A stretch of DNA of 61,487 nucleotides, counting the filler. It is 9 parts of 9 records of this genome, joined end to end, with 100 filler letters (N's around TTAATTAATTAA, not from the genome) between each part and the next. Parts side by side here need not be neighbours in the genome. Positions count along the whole stretch, not along the records: positions 23,052 to 34,501 come from SRR31156797_27189; positions 34,602 to 41,293 come from SRR31156797_27222; positions 41,394 to 46,523 come from SRR31156797_27250; 6 more parts are not named here. One strand, given 5' to 3'. The number at the start of each line of letters is the position of its first letter. Position 1 is the stretch's first letter. Shown one piece after another: positions 31,048 through 42,873 of this stretch. Under the pieces are notes generated by a model. The model saw only the letters and a program-made list of their open reading frames with translations, did not search any database and had not been told where the DNA came from. Both the position numbers and the translations under genes were made by a program.

Positions 31048-32931
31048 ATGTCATTTTCGCTAAAGCAAAAATTAATTGGTGCGAGTCTAACGGCGGTTGT
31101 TGTTATGGCTGGAGCATTAACATGGTTGTCTATAGACCGTATCTATGATCAGACACAAAAGGCAATGTCAGAAAGGGTTGAGTCTCTGACGACGGCTACA
31201 GCTAAAGGTATCTCAGATTGGGTTGCAGATAGAAAATCCATCACTTCTGCTTTTAAAGCATACGCAAATGCTGCGGACCCTACGCCCTTTTTGCAACAAG
31301 GCCGAGTATCGGGCGGGTTCGATGAACTGTATTACGGTACCACGGAAGGGGTGATGAATCGCTCGTACCCTGAGAGATACCAAGAAGGTTACGATCCACG
31401 TAAGCGCCCTTGGTACATTGATGCTTCGAAAGCGGGCAAAATGATTGTCACTACTGCTTATCAAGATGCGGTAACCAATGCATTGTTGATCACAATTGCA
31501 GAGCCCGTCACTGTTAATGGACGCTTTTCTGGTGTTGTCGGTGCTGATGTGTTGATTGAGCAACTCGTGTCTGATGTACTTTCATCTGATGCGGGTAAAA
31601 ACGCCCGAACCATGCTTATTGATACTCAAGATGGCAATTGGTTAGCGCACCCAAATAAAGATTTCACTCTTAAACCTGTTTCTGCGGTGTCCAAAGTACT
31701 CACTATCGACGCGATTGCCAAAGCGGCGAAAGACAAAACTTTTATTCCTGTCAATTTGAATAACGTGAAAAAATGGTACTACTTCAAAACAGTACCGGGC
31801 ACTCAATGGATCTTTGCGGTAGAACTGGATAAAGACACTGAGCTTGCATCAACGGATTCATTACTTTGGGGGTTAATCTCAACAGCGGTAGTGATTACAT
31901 TTTTAGTTTTACTTGCTGTGTCGTGGTTGGTGAACTTCCTGATTCGAGATCTTTCTCGCGTGAGTAAAGCGTTGGAAGAAATTGCTTCTGGTGATGCAGA
32001 TTTGACTCAACGTTTGACCATTCATTCAGAAGACGAAGTCGGGAAGTTGGCAAAAAGTTTCAACCAGTTTGTAGGTAACATGCAGCAAATGGTGGCGAAT
32101 TTAGGTAATGTTTCCGCTGAACTTTTGCAGCAATCTGCCCATGCAGCGAAGCAATCAGACCAAAACAATATTCGCATCCAGCAGCAGCAAGATGAAATAA
32201 ACATGGTTGCTACTGCGATTAACGAAATGTCGGCTGCTACGCATGAGATTGCGGGCAACGCCGAGCAGACAGCAGGAAACTCAAATGACGCGGTTGTTGC
32301 CTGCGATGCTGGTGCTCGTCAGGTGTCTCAAACACAGGTTTCTATCGAAAATCTAGCGACTGAAGTAGAAGTTGCCACTGAGGTTATTACTGAGCTCGAA
32401 GGTCACAGCAACCAAATCAGTAATATTCTATCGACAATTCAGGGTATCGCTGAGCAGACAAACTTGCTGGCCCTTAACGCTGCAATTGAGGCTGCGCGAG
32501 CAGGTGAGCAGGGACGTGGATTTGCAGTGGTTGCTGATGAAGTTCGAGTATTGAGTCAGCGTACTTATGCATCGACAAAAGAGATTCAACAAATGATTGA
32601 TACGCTGCAGAGTACAACAGGTAAAGCGGTGTCCATTATGAATGACAGTCGCGAACTTGCATCTACCAGCGTCACAGATGCTAGTAATGCATCTCAGTCA
32701 TTAGAGCAAATCAAAACAGTAGTATCAGCGATCAGCGATATGGCAACACATATTGCGACTGCCGCTGAAGAACAGGCGTCGGTGACGTCGGAAATTACTC
32801 GCAATACCCAAGGTATTCGTGATGTATCGAATGAATTCTCGACTGAAGCGAAAGATGCCGCAGAGCAAGCTGCGAGACTTTCTTCACTGTCTCACGAGCT
32901 AGAATCAGAAATTCGTCGTTTCAAAGTTTAA
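31048..32931 (+). CDS. Methyl-accepting chemotaxis protein (dCache_1-HAMP-MA)
   Basis: Two TM helices; [43 protein letters not shown]. Confidence 0.95.
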   Translation: MSFSLKQKLIGASLTAVVVMAGALTWLSIDRIYDQTQKAMSERVESLTTATAKGISDWVADRKSITSAFKAYANAADPTPFLQQGRVSGGFDELYYGTTEGVMNRSYPERYQEGYDPRKRPWYIDASKAGKMIVTTAYQDAVTNALLITIAEPVTVNGRFSGVVGADVLIEQLVSDVLSSDAGKNARTMLIDTQDGNWLAHPNKDFTLKPVSAVSKVLTIDAIAKAAKDKTFIPVNLNNVKKWYYFKTVPGTQWIFAVELDKDTELASTDSLLWGLISTAVVITFLVLLAVSWLVNFLIRDLSRVSKALEEIASGDADLTQRLTIHSEDEVGKLAKSFNQFVGNMQQMVANLGNVSAELLQQSAHAAKQSDQNNIRIQQQQDEINMVATAINEMSAATHEIAGNAEQTAGNSNDAVVACDAGARQVSQTQVSIENLATEVEVATEVITELEGHSNQISNILSTIQGIAEQTNLLALNAAIEAARAGEQGRGFAVVADEVRVLSQRTYASTKEIQQMIDTLQSTTGKAVSIMNDSRELASTSVTDASNASQSLEQIKTVVSAISDMATHIATAAEEQASVTSEITRNTQGIRDVSNEFSTEAKDAAEQAARLSSLSHELESEIRRFKV

Positions 32932-32974
32932 TCTTGTTTTAACTTAGCTTGTAGAAAGCGACGGTAAACACATA

Positions 32975-33009
32975 AAAAAATCCGATAAATCATATTTATC
33001 GGATTTTTT
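32975..33009. terminator. Bidirectional intrinsic terminator
   Basis: AAAAAATCCGATAAAT-CAT-ATTTATCGGATTTTTT. Confidence 0.85.
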
Positions 33010-33040
33010 GTTTTCACAACGGCCCCAAAAGATCAGATGA

Positions 33041-33934
33041 TCAATTTGCTGAAATTGTGGTCGTTAGTAGGTGCTGTTCATTCGGTTGCAATGTTTGACC
33101 TGCTGAAAGGCATGGTGCATGGATAGTTGATTCGATACAAAACATGGTTTTGTATCCGTCATCCGTCATATCAGCCATTGCTGTCGCACCCTGTGACCAA
33201 GGGTTCCAAAGTACTGCTGAGTTATGCCCACTATTTTCGATGGTCAGTACACGTTTCAACACTGGATCTGTCACCGTGATATTCGCTTCTGGTGTTGTAT
33301 AGATGCGATCAATGGTATCCGTCAGTACCAGCGTTTCTTCACCTTGGCAAATCTTTGAATCTTGCAGTTTGTCGATATATTCAGCACCCATACCTTTGGT
33401 GGTAATTTGAGTGATATCGCCAACATTGAGATAAGTATGAAGTGCGCTTGAGAAAGTCCATGCTTTTTCATCAGTGTTGTTTACTTCCAATGAAACTTTC
33501 AGTTCATCGCCAATTTCCACATACAGACGGTTTTTAAATTTGTAGGGCCAGATTGAAAGAGTTTCAGGAGATTCTTCAAGTTCAAGAACAACCAACACGC
33601 CTTGTTCACTTTCACGGTGTTCTGCTAACTTCCACTCGTTAATACGAGCAAAGCCGTGTCCCGGCTCAGCAATTTTACCAAACCATGGCCAACAAATTGG
33701 TATTCCACCTCGTAGTGCCGCTTTTCCACTGAAAGGCGTATTGCTGCTCATCCAAATCAGGTCGTCTTTGCCAGCTGGCTTGTACGAAACAACGTGAGCA
33801 CCATACAGGGCGATTCCGGCGGTTGCTTTTTCATGGATAACGCGAACGATTTTTACGTCATCTTTTTCAACGATAGTGACGTTATTGGATAAGTTTGTCA
33901 GGGTAGGTAGAGACTGTAGATCCATAAATTTCAT
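33041..33934 (-). CDS. yeaD: D-hexose-6-phosphate mutarotase
   Basis: RGGIPICWPWFG, HGFAR, ALHTY and WNPW; downstream of gapA. Confidence 0.92.
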   Translation of the reverse strand: MKFMDLQSLPTLTNLSNNVTIVEKDDVKIVRVIHEKATAGIALYGAHVVSYKPAGKDDLIWMSSNTPFSGKAALRGGIPICWPWFGKIAEPGHGFARINEWKLAEHRESEQGVLVVLELEESPETLSIWPYKFKNRLYVEIGDELKVSLEVNNTDEKAWTFSSALHTYLNVGDITQITTKGMGAEYIDKLQDSKICQGEETLVLTDTIDRIYTTPEANITVTDPVLKRVLTIENSGHNSAVLWNPWSQGATAMADMTDDGYKTMFCIESTIHAPCLSAGQTLQPNEQHLLTTTISAN

Positions 33935-33983
33935 TCCTTAGTTGGCTTCTGCTTTGTAGGCTGGATGTCCAACCGACAGAAAC

Positions 33984-34011
33984 AAAAAAGGCGACTCATC
34001 GGCCGCCTTTT
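33984..34011 (-). terminator. Terminator-like hairpin after gapA
   Basis: AAAAAAGGCG…CGCCTTTT. Confidence 0.65.
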
Positions 34012-34045
34012 ATCTTCTCAACGAATTTCTTCGCTAATTGCTACA

Positions 34046-34501
<456 letters not shown>

Positions 34502-34601
34502 NNNNNNNNNNNNNNNNNNNNNNNNNNNNNNNNNNNNNNNNNNNNTTAATTAATTAANNNNNNNNNNNNNNNNNNNNNNNNNNNNNNNNNNNNNNNNNNN
34601 N
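34502..34601. other. Artificial contig spacer
   Basis: N44-TTAATTAATTAA-N44. Confidence 0.99.
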
Positions 34602-35172
34602 TGCCGTGGCGTCGGCGGAAATCGGCACCGTCGCCGTCGCCGGCCGCCGATTCGACGACCGAATGGCCGACAAAGGTACACGGAAGCCCTTCGGCCTCGA
34701 AATAGGGCGGCTCGAAGGGAAACAGGGCCAACAAGTGGTCGACGATGCGTGCGATCTTGCGGGCCCGGCCCGGCCGCCACGCCCATACCGTCGGCGCCAC
34801 ATAGTGGATCAGCGGCCCCCCCGCTCCTTTCAGGCGTTTGGCGATGCGAAAGCTGAAATCGGGAGAATCGATGGTAACCACGGCCACCGGTTCCGCCGCC
34901 CGCGCCGCCACGGCGGTTTCGGCTATGCGTTTCATCAGAAGCGGCAGGCGCGGCAATACTTCGGCCAACCCCATCACCGACAGATCCGCCATCGGGAATT
35001 GACTAACCAGGCCTTCCGCCGCCATCGCATCGCCGCCGACGCCGGCAAAACGAACGGCACCGCCGGTCTGCGCCTTCAGCGCCGCCATCAGACGTCCGCC
35101 GAGGTCGTCTCCCGACGGTTCTCCCGCAACCAGGAAGATCAGCGGACCCGTTTGCCGACCGTCCGCCTGCAT
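34602..35172 (-). CDS. lpxB: Lipid-A-disaccharide synthase, 3'-truncated
   Basis: VAGEPSGD, IDSPDF, YVAPTVWAWR and FPFE. Confidence 0.96.
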
Positions 35173-35174
35173 CC

Positions 35175-36017
35175 TCAGTTCCCTTCCCCGCCCCGCACGC
35201 CGACAAGAAACAGGCCGGCCTCATCGGCCGCCGCAATCACCGCCTCGCGATCGACAACCAGGGCGCCGCCGGCCTCGACGGCAATTCCGTTCAGGCGTGC
35301 CTTGTGGGCGCCTTCGACGGTCCGTACGCCGATGGTCGGAAGATCGACCCGGCGTTCCTGGCCCGGTTTGGCCATCTTGACCAGGACCCCGGCCGGCGTT
35401 TCCGTTGCCGTACGCGCGCATTCGGCCAGCATGGCGTCGGTCCCGGCCCGGCTTTCAAGGGCGACGAGGCTGCCGTCGCGCGCGACCGCACCCTGCCCGA
35501 TATCGCGGGCACCCAGGTCCAGTGCGGCGTCAATCCCCAGGGCGATGTCCCCGCCATCGACCTCGGACGGCGTGTGAGCGCCAAATACGCCTTCAGGAGC
35601 GATCAGGTCCGGCAGAAGGTCCTCGATGCCGGCAACCGCAAACCCCTCGCCTTCAAGCGCGCCGACAAGGGCCGACAGAATGGCGTCGTCGCCCTTGTCC
35701 CATCCACCGGTTTTTGCCAGAAAACGGATCGTCCAAAGATCCGGCCGCAGTTCGGCAACGCTCGGTTTGCGTATGGTGCCGGCCATGACCAGTTCCCCGA
35801 CACCGGCCCGGCGCAGCGCCTTGATCGAACTTCCGGCGGCGCCGAGACGCAGGCGCACATGCGGAATGATTTTTCCGTCGATGGAACGAAGAAGGTCGGG
35901 ATCGGCTTGGTTTTCAAATGCGACGACGAAAAAATCGCGCCCCGTTTCGGCACAACGCTCGACGATCAGCCGCGGCAAAGCACCGCCACCGGCCAAAATT
36001 CCGAGTTTATGTGGCAT
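35175..36017 (-). CDS. lpxI: UDP-2,3-diacylglucosamine diphosphatase LpxI
   Basis: GILAGGGALP, DIGQG and KPGQERRVDLPTIG; lies between lpxA and lpxB. Confidence 0.93.
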   Translation of the reverse strand: MPHKLGILAGGGALPRLIVERCAETGRDFFVVAFENQADPDLLRSIDGKIIPHVRLRLGAAGSSIKALRRAGVGELVMAGTIRKPSVAELRPDLWTIRFLAKTGGWDKGDDAILSALVGALEGEGFAVAGIEDLLPDLIAPEGVFGAHTPSEVDGGDIALGIDAALDLGARDIGQGAVARDGSLVALESRAGTDAMLAECARTATETPAGVLVKMAKPGQERRVDLPTIGVRTVEGAHKARLNGIAVEAGGALVVDREAVIAAADEAGLFLVGVRGGEGN

Positions 36018-36807
36018 CTTCCAGGCCGGGCTGGCAAATGGCCCGTGACGAATCCTCGCGAATGAAATCGACGATTTCCATCACCGGCTCGTTATCGGCG
36101 AACATGTCGGCGACATCCTCGATGCGCTCGTTCATCGTGCCCTCGTCGGCAAACAAAAGGCGATAGGCGTTCCTGAGCGCATGGATGACATCGCGCGAGA
36201 ACCCCCGGCGCCGCAGGCCGACGATGTTCAGCCCCGACAGGCGGGCCCGATTTCCAATAACCGAGCCGTAGGGAATAACGTCGTGTTCGATACCGGACAT
36301 GCCGCCGATCATGGCGTGCTTGCCGATGCGCACGAACTGATGGGCCGCCGACAATCCCCCGAGAATGGCCCAGTCTCCGATCGCGACATGGCCGCCCAGC
36401 GTCGCGTTGTTGACCATGATGACGTGATCGCCGATCTGGCAATCGTGGGCGACATGGGCGCCGACCATGAAAAGACAGTTGTCGCCGATCCGGGTCACCA
36501 TGCCGCCGCCTTCGGTGCCCGGGTTCATGGTCACATGCTCGCGGATGGTATTGTTGCTGCCGATGATCAGTTCCGACGGCTCACCCCGGTATTTGAGGTC
36601 CTGCGGGATATGACCGATCGAGGAAAACGGGAAAATGCGGGTGTTGGCGCCGATGCGGGTGCGCCCCTCGACGACGACATGCGAATGCAGGGTGACGCCG
36701 TCTTCGATGACAACGTCGGAGCCGACGCAACAATAGGGGCCGATGGCCACATCGCCGCCGATTTGGGCGCCCGGGGCCACCACCGCCGTTGAATGAATAT
36801 CGCTCAT
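36007..36807 (-). CDS. lpxA: UDP-GlcNAc acyltransferase
   Basis: Hexapeptide repeats, PQDLKY and HVAHDC. Confidence 0.97.
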   Translation of the reverse strand: MSDIHSTAVVAPGAQIGGDVAIGPYCCVGSDVVIEDGVTLHSHVVVEGRTRIGANTRIFPFSSIGHIPQDLKYRGEPSELIIGSNNTIREHVTMNPGTEGGGMVTRIGDNCLFMVGAHVAHDCQIGDHVIMVNNATLGGHVAIGDWAILGGLSAAHQFVRIGKHAMIGGMSGIEHDVIPYGSVIGNRARLSGLNIVGLRRRGFSRDVIHALRNAYRLLFADEGTMNERIEDVADMFADNEPVMEIVDFIREDSSRAICQPGLEDAT

Positions 36808-37278
36808 TCAGTCGTCCATGATCATGGCTGCGTAAACCGCCTCGGCGACGACGGCACCGTCCACTTTCGCCTCGGCACGGAATTTCCAGACGTTTCGCCG
36901 ATTGCGCAGCTTGTGGACGTGGACATGAACGGTATCGCCCGGCATCACCGGTTTACGGAAACGGGCGTTTTCCACCGACATGAAATAAACCAGCTTGCCT
37001 TCCGATTCATCGCCGAGCGTTTCAACCACAAGCACGGCCGCCGTCTGGGCCATCGATTCGATGATCAATACCCCCGGCATCACCGGCCGTCGCGGAAAAT
37101 GGCCCGGAAAATGCGGTTCGTTGACGGTCACGTTCTTGATTCCGACGGCACTGACGTCGGGAATGACGTCGATGACCCGGTCGATCATCAAAAACGGATA
37201 GCGATGCGGGATCATTTGCATGATCCGTTCGATGTCGATCAGTTTTGTTTCGGAGGCTGTGGTATCGACACTCATCAT
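36808..37278 (-). CDS. fabZ: 3-hydroxyacyl-ACP dehydratase
   Basis: [11 protein letters not shown] and GHFP…[12 protein letters not shown]. Confidence 0.97.
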   Translation of the reverse strand: MMSVDTTASETKLIDIERIMQMIPHRYPFLMIDRVIDVIPDVSAVGIKNVTVNEPHFPGHFPRRPVMPGVLIIESMAQTAAVLVVETLGDESEGKLVYFMSVENARFRKPVMPGDTVHVHVHKLRNRRNVWKFRAEAKVDGAVVAEAVYAAMIMDD

Positions 37279-38304
37279 TCAATCCCCCGTTCCTTTTTTT
37301 GACAAAGCGGCGACCTTTGCGACCTGTCGCCAATACTCGCGCGCCGGCATCGCCGGCGACCCGGCCACTGTTGAACCCGGTTCGATATTACGCATAACCC
37401 CACTTTGCGCAGAAACCTTCGCCCCATCGCCGACGCTCAGATGCCCGGCGAATCCAGCCTGCCCGCCGATCATCACAAAATCCCCGACATGCGTACTGCC
37501 GGAAATGCCGACCTGGGAAACGACGATACATCCGCGCCCCAAGCGCACGTTATGGGCGATTTGAACAAGATTATCAATCTTAGTTCCGGCTCCGATTTCC
37601 GTGTCCGGCCCGGTTCCGCGATCGATCGACGTGTTGGCACCGATTTCGACGTCGTCTCCGATGACGACGCGGCCCAACTGCGGAACCTTTTGGTGTCCGG
37701 TCGGGCCGGGCGCGAAACCGAAACCGTCCTGACCGATACAAACACCCGGGTGCAGAATAACCCGATCGCCGATCAGGCAATGGCTCAACGATACGCCGGC
37801 CCCAACATGACAGTTGGCGCCAACGACGACTCCCGGTCCGATAACCGCGTTCGATGAAATTCGGCATCCTTGGCCGATTTCGGCCCCGGATCCGATCACC
37901 GCGCCTGCCTGAACTTCGCAGCCTTCGCCGATTACAGCGGTCGGATCGACCGCCGCGTTCGCCGATACCCCTTCGATCACCGGCGGCGGCGGGTAAAAGG
38001 CGGCGGCCACGAAGGCATAGGCGCGATAGGGGTCCGGCGACAGAAGCAACGCCATTCCCTTCGGCGCGCGTTCGGCATATTCGGGTCTTACCAGGCAGGC
38101 GCCGGCGGCGCTTTTGGTAAAGGCGCCGACGTAGCGCTTGTTGTCAAGAAAGCTCACTTCGTCGGAAGCCGCCGTTTCCAACGGCGCAACATCGACGAAT
38201 TCGGCATCGGGATTGGCATTCCCGCCGATTTCGGCGCCTGCAATTTCAGCCAGTTTTTTTAGAGAGAATGGCCCGTGTGAAGCGAAGAATCGCGAATCGG
38301 CCAT
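37279..38304 (-). CDS. lpxD: UDP-3-O-acyl-glucosamine N-acyltransferase
   Basis: DGFGF, IDRG and [11 protein letters not shown]. Confidence 0.97.
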   Translation of the reverse strand: MADSRFFASHGPFSLKKLAEIAGAEIGGNANPDAEFVDVAPLETAASDEVSFLDNKRYVGAFTKSAAGACLVRPEYAERAPKGMALLLSPDPYRAYAFVAAAFYPPPPVIEGVSANAAVDPTAVIGEGCEVQAGAVIGSGAEIGQGCRISSNAVIGPGVVVGANCHVGAGVSLSHCLIGDRVILHPGVCIGQDGFGFAPGPTGHQKVPQLGRVVIGDDVEIGANTSIDRGTGPDTEIGAGTKIDNLVQIAHNVRLGRGCIVVSQVGISGSTHVGDFVMIGGQAGFAGHLSVGDGAKVSAQSGVMRNIEPGSTVAGSPAMPAREYWRQVAKVAALSKKGTGD

Positions 38305-38307
38305 GGA

Positions 38308-38886
38308 CTATTGTTCCGGTTGGTTGACCTTGACGGTCGGTACGGTCGCATTCAATCGTTCAAGAATGGGTCCGGTGATGTCGATGCCGGTCGCGTAAAA
38401 AGCCATCATGTCCGACCGTAAAATCAGCGTGATCTTATTTTCGGTCGAAAACTTCCCGACCACCTGGCGCACCGCATTGTTGGCCTGAGCCAAGGCTTCC
38501 GCCCGGACTTTGTTCAAAGCCTGCTTGCGTTTTTCGGTCAGACGCTGAAAGTTCACGACCCGCCTTTCGAACTTGCGCCTTTCCTCGGTGTAGGCCTGCG
38601 GCGCCAAAATCGCCCTTTTCCGGGCAAGCTCGCGGTCGGCCTTGCGCAATTCATCCTCTTCCGCCTGAACCAGGGCCTGGAGGGATTCCCGGAAACCGTT
38701 CAGTTGTTCGCGTATGCTTTTGAAAACGGCACCTTCGCGGCTGACCTGCTGAAGGTCGATGACGACGATCCGAAGCGGCGTCCCGCCCTCGGGCAAAGCC
38801 TCCTGCGCGAAAACCGGCGATGCGGTGGCGAGACAGAATGCCAACGCAACCAACGAAAGCATCTGCCTGACGATCACAATCCGCAT
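38308..38886 (-). CDS. skp: OmpH/Skp periplasmic chaperone
   Basis: Signal peptide, coiled coil and DIT…LN end; lies between bamA and lpxD. Confidence 0.85.
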   Translation of the reverse strand: MRIVIVRQMLSLVALAFCLATASPVFAQEALPEGGTPLRIVVIDLQQVSREGAVFKSIREQLNGFRESLQALVQAEEDELRKADRELARKRAILAPQAYTEERRKFERRVVNFQRLTEKRKQALNKVRAEALAQANNAVRQVVGKFSTENKITLILRSDMMAFYATGIDITGPILERLNATVPTVKVNQPEQ

Positions 38887-38889
38887 GGC

Positions 38890-41166
38890 CTAGAACCTTG
38901 TCCCAAAATTAACCCGAATGTTTTCGTCGCGGTCGAAGTCCTCTTTCAACCACGGCATGGCGAGATCAAGGCCGATCGGCCCGAAATTCGACCGCCAGGT
39001 AAATCCGATTCCGGAGGCTGCCCGCAAACTCGCCTCATCCTGAACTTCCGGCCCGGTCGGATTGATCTCCCAGACACTGCCGACATCCGTAAACACCCGG
39101 CCGTTCATCGGAATTTCCGGCGGCAGTCCAAGTGGGAACGTCAGCTGAACCGTACCCGCGTAAAAATACTCGCCACCCAGGGCGTCATCCGTCGTCTTGT
39201 CGCGCGGGCCGATGCCGGCGGTTTCAAATCCGCGCAGGCTTTCCCCGCCGATGAAAAACCGGTCCGTCAGATCGACATCGTCGCTGAAACCCATGATGGC
39301 GCCGACGCGACCGCTGGTTTGCAGAATCCATTCGTCGGCAAGCGGGAAGAATTTGGCAACCGTCCCCCGATTGCGCAAAAACTGCTTGCTGCCGCCCAAC
39401 CCGGCCACATCGTTCCTGATGGTCGCATACCAGCCCTCGGTCGGAGCGAACTTGCTGTCGCGCGTATCGTAGGAAATCCAGTGACCGACCTGCGATAGGG
39501 TCTCCTCGCCTTCCGATTCCTTGATGAAGCGCGAAGCGCTGGAATCGACATCGGTGACATCGGAAGTCTGGAAGGTATAGGACACCCCTTGCCGGACATT
39601 CTCGGTCAGGGGGTAATTTGCCCGCAAGGTGAAGCCCTGCCTCTCGAGATCATAGGATGATTCGTCCTGCAGGTCCTGATTGACCCAGAAGACGTCAAAG
39701 CCCGCGGCAACTTCGCGATCCAAGAAATAGGGGTCGGTGAACGAGAAATCGAGCTCGCTGCCGCTGCCCGACAGCGTGAAGCTGAGGCTTGTATTGTAGC
39801 CCCGTCCCAAAAGGTTGCGTTCACTGACGGTGACGTCGCCAAGGGGGCCGTCCGATGTCGAAAATCCGGCGCCGAAGGTCAATGCACCGGTCGATTTTTC
39901 ATCGACTTCGACTTCGATAATCGTCTTGTCCGGCGCGCTGCCGGGCACTCTGGCAACGCCGACCTTGCTAAAGTACCCGAGATTCTGAATGCGTTGGCGG
40001 GATCGGTTGAGTTTGGCCGCATTGAAAGCATCGCCTTCGATCAGCCTGAACTCGCGGCGGATGACCTTGTCTTGGGTGCGCATATTGCCGGAAACGTCGA
40101 TCCTTTCGACAAAAACCCGCGGCCCCTCGTTCACTTCGAAGGTCAGGTCGATTACCTGGTTCTCGCGATTTCGGTCGACCCGCGGCCTTACGTCGACGAA
40201 GGCATAGCCAAGCGTGCCGACTTCCAGCGTTATGGCATCGACGGTTTCGTCGATGGCGTCGGCGTTGTACCAATCGCCTTCTTCCACCTCCATCACCTCG
40301 GCGACGACCGCCGGATCGAGGTCACGCAATGTAACGTCGACGTCGATCGTCCCGAACCGATAGCGGGCGCCTTCATCGACGGTAAACGTAATGAAAAAAT
40401 CTTCGCGATTGGGCGTTAGCTCGGCAACCGCCGAAACAACCCGGAAATCGGCGAAGCCTTCCTTCAGGTAATACCGGCGCAGCAACTCGCGATCGAGGGT
40501 CAAACGATCCGGGTCATAGCGGTCATCGGACGAGAAAAACCGGAACCAGCGGGTTTCGCGGGTGCGAATGACCTCAAGAAGATCGTCGTCGTCGAATTCC
40601 CGGTTTCCGACGAAGCGGATTTTGCGGATCTCGGTCTGGGCGCCCTCGCCGACCTCGAACACGAGATCGACCCGGTTCTGCGGCAACTGAATGACCTTCG
40701 GTTCGACGGTTGCGGCAAACCGGCCTTTTCGACGGTATAGGGTCAGAATACGCTTCACGTCCGACTGAACCTTCGACCGGGTGTAGATGACCCGCGGCCG
40801 AAGAGTCACTTCCGCACTCAATTCCTCGTCCTTGATGCTTTTATTGCCTTCAAAGGCGATTCGGTTGATCACCGGGTTCTCGACGACGGTAACAACCAAC
40901 GCCTCGGCTCGCCGGCGAATCGTCACATCGGCAAAAAGGCCGGTCGCAAACAGGCTTTTCAGGGAACGGTTGATTCGCAACGGGTCGAAGCTGTCGCCTT
41001 CGCGGATCAGAAGATAGGAGCGAACCGTATCCGGTTCGATTCGCTGGACGCCATCAACCACGATCTCGCGCACGACATCGCCGCTTTGGGCCGACGCGGT
41101 CCGCCCGTCGCCGATCGCCAGCAACAGGCAAAGTGTAACCGAAACAGCAAGAACCAAGCGACGCAA
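38890..41166 (-). CDS. bamA: Outer membrane protein assembly factor BamA
   Basis: POTRA repeats, LRGF motif and terminal FGTRF; TTG start. Confidence 0.97.
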   Translation of the reverse strand: MRRLVLAVSVTLCLLLAIGDGRTASAQSGDVVREIVVDGVQRIEPDTVRSYLLIREGDSFDPLRINRSLKSLFATGLFADVTIRRRAEALVVTVVENPVINRIAFEGNKSIKDEELSAEVTLRPRVIYTRSKVQSDVKRILTLYRRKGRFAATVEPKVIQLPQNRVDLVFEVGEGAQTEIRKIRFVGNREFDDDDLLEVIRTRETRWFRFFSSDDRYDPDRLTLDRELLRRYYLKEGFADFRVVSAVAELTPNREDFFITFTVDEGARYRFGTIDVDVTLRDLDPAVVAEVMEVEEGDWYNADAIDETVDAITLEVGTLGYAFVDVRPRVDRNRENQVIDLTFEVNEGPRVFVERIDVSGNMRTQDKVIRREFRLIEGDAFNAAKLNRSRQRIQNLGYFSKVGVARVPGSAPDKTIIEVEVDEKSTGALTFGAGFSTSDGPLGDVTVSERNLLGRGYNTSLSFTLSGSGSELDFSFTDPYFLDREVAAGFDVFWVNQDLQDESSYDLERQGFTLRANYPLTENVRQGVSYTFQTSDVTDVDSSASRFIKESEGEETLSQVGHWISYDTRDSKFAPTEGWYATIRNDVAGLGGSKQFLRNRGTVAKFFPLADEWILQTSGRVGAIMGFSDDVDLTDRFFIGGESLRGFETAGIGPRDKTTDDALGGEYFYAGTVQLTFPLGLPPEIPMNGRVFTDVGSVWEINPTGPEVQDEASLRAASGIGFTWRSNFGPIGLDLAMPWLKEDFDRDENIRVNFGTRF

Positions 41167-41198
41167 CCGTCTTCCCCCCAGGGATGATTATCGTAAAT

Positions 41199-41293
41199 TC
41201 AGGTGACGAGATCCTTGATAAGCTCGAACACCTTGATGTGGTGCACCAGATCGTTCCAAGTGGCGAAAATCATTAGGAGAAATACCAAAATCA
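41199..41293 (-). CDS. rseP: 3' end of RIP metalloprotease RseP (truncated)
   Basis: Hand translation ILVFLLMIFATWNDL…*; synteny upstream of bamA. Confidence 0.8.
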
Positions 41294-41393
41294 NNNNNNN
41301 NNNNNNNNNNNNNNNNNNNNNNNNNNNNNNNNNNNNNTTAATTAATTAANNNNNNNNNNNNNNNNNNNNNNNNNNNNNNNNNNNNNNNNNNNN
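41294..41393. other. Artificial contig spacer
   Basis: N44-TTAATTAATTAA-N44. Confidence 0.99.
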
Positions 41394-41415
41394 GTTTCAA
41401 TGCGCTGACTGACAT
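41394..41415 (-). CDS. Start of a downstream operon gene (MSVSALK…), truncated
   Basis: AAGGAG SD 7 nt before ATG. Confidence 0.55.
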
Positions 41416-41449
41416 GCTGTTACTCCTTGGCTGCCCGGAGGCCTTTTAA

Positions 41450-41905
41450 TTAGATAGTACCCTGAGCCTTCAGAAGGATCTGGGCGATAACGGCCGATCC
41501 GAAGAAGGTACTGGCGAAGACCACCAGAGAGATGATCACCAGCTTCCAGGAGATCTTCTTCAGGATGTCGATCTTGTTGCCCACCGAGATTCCGGCGAAG
41601 GCCAGAATGGGGGTCGTGGTGGCCAGGAAGCCTACCTTGTTGGTGTACTCCAGCAGCACGCCGGAAGTGGGCATCATGGGCAGGGTCAGGAGAAAGGCGA
41701 TCAGGGTCGCCCAGGCGAAGGCGGGAAACTTCAGGGGAACCAGATCCTTCAGAAGAAGGGACGCCATGGCGATGATGATCATCAAAATCATCCCGGGGAG
41801 AGCGTCCACAGGGTTTGCTGCGGAGCTAACAAGCTGACCGATCAGGATAAAGATCCCGACGATGCACATCAGTTTAAGCTGGTCCAGTGTTTTGGCAAAA
41901 TCCAT
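41450..41905 (-). CDS. Small multi-TM partner protein of DUF3100
   Basis: Hydrophobic helices; FLATTTPILAFAGISVG; GGAGG SD. Confidence 0.85.
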   Translation of the reverse strand: MDFAKTLDQLKLMCIVGIFILIGQLVSSAANPVDALPGMILMIIIAMASLLLKDLVPLKFPAFAWATLIAFLLTLPMMPTSGVLLEYTNKVGFLATTTPILAFAGISVGNKIDILKKISWKLVIISLVVFASTFFGSAVIAQILLKAQGTI

Positions 41906-41908
41906 GAT

Positions 41909-42763
41909 TTACGCCTCCTCTGCTACAATGTTCTTTTCGAATTTGGGGGCCAGTCTCTTATAGTACCAGTTGGTGAAGGGAAGGGCCAGGAAGATAACGG
42001 AGTAGATTCCGGTGATGCCCGTCAGCATGTTGCTGGTGGCGGCATAGGCCAGAACCGTATCCTTGATGGCGGGGTCGACGGTTTCGGCCAGGGCGGCGGA
42101 ACCGGCGGCCATCATGGAGCCGCTTCCCACTCCGCAGGCCATGGCCAGGGCGTAGGGATGGAGTCCCGTGTTGACGGCCAGAGATCCCAGGAATCCGAAG
42201 AAGATGGTACCGAAGACGGTTCCCACCATATAGGTGCCCAGAACGCCGTTGCCTTCGGGAGAACTCATGCCGTAGCGCTCGCCGATAACGCCGAGGGTGG
42301 GCTCGCGGCAGATGCTGACCGTACCGCCCACGGCCTCGCGACGCAGACCGATGGCCAGAGCCAGGGGAAGGGCGATAAGGGGGGTGAACAGGTTTCCCAG
42401 CTCCTGGAAGATCAGGGCGCCGCCGGCGGCGAGGACCTTCTGGATATTGGGGCCGACCAGGGTACCGTATTTGACGCCCAGGGGAAGGAGGGCGATCATA
42501 ACGCCCACGCCGGCCAGCTCGATCACATCGTCGTCGATCAGCTTTCCGAGGGCGGCGATCCTCTTGCCAAGTACGGGGGGAGTGATCAGGATTCCCATGA
42601 TCACCGCAAAGAGCATGGGCAGCAGAACAACAGTTCCGGGGCCCAGGGAAAATTTGATGATACCGATCAGTTCCGCGATGATGACCAGCACCAGAACCAC
42701 CGGCAGAAGGCGTAGGAAAACCTTCGACCTGCCGTTCCAGGACAATGTTTCTTTTTCTGTCAT
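41909..42763 (-). CDS. DUF3100 family membrane protein
   Basis: QELGNL, REAVG…REP, SPEGNGVLGTY and ALAMACGVGSGSMM. Confidence 0.88.
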   Translation of the reverse strand: MTEKETLSWNGRSKVFLRLLPVVLVLVIIAELIGIIKFSLGPGTVVLLPMLFAVIMGILITPPVLGKRIAALGKLIDDDVIELAGVGVMIALLPLGVKYGTLVGPNIQKVLAAGGALIFQELGNLFTPLIALPLALAIGLRREAVGGTVSICREPTLGVIGERYGMSSPEGNGVLGTYMVGTVFGTIFFGFLGSLAVNTGLHPYALAMACGVGSGSMMAAGSAALAETVDPAIKDTVLAYAATSNMLTGITGIYSVIFLALPFTNWYYKRLAPKFEKNIVAEEA

Positions 42764-42873
42764 TGACTTTCTCCTGTATTTTCGGACATGTCATTTATAT
42801 GCCCTTAATATATAAATATTGATCTTATACAGGAAAAATAGGGGTGTAAAGTTATTTTTTCAGATTGGTATTG

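Noticed and set aside
34602..41293. Lipid A/BAM cluster as a novel system
   Set aside because: It is the standard alphaproteobacterial rseP-bamA-skp-lpxD-fabZ-lpxA-lpxI-lpxB order with nothing anomalous seen.
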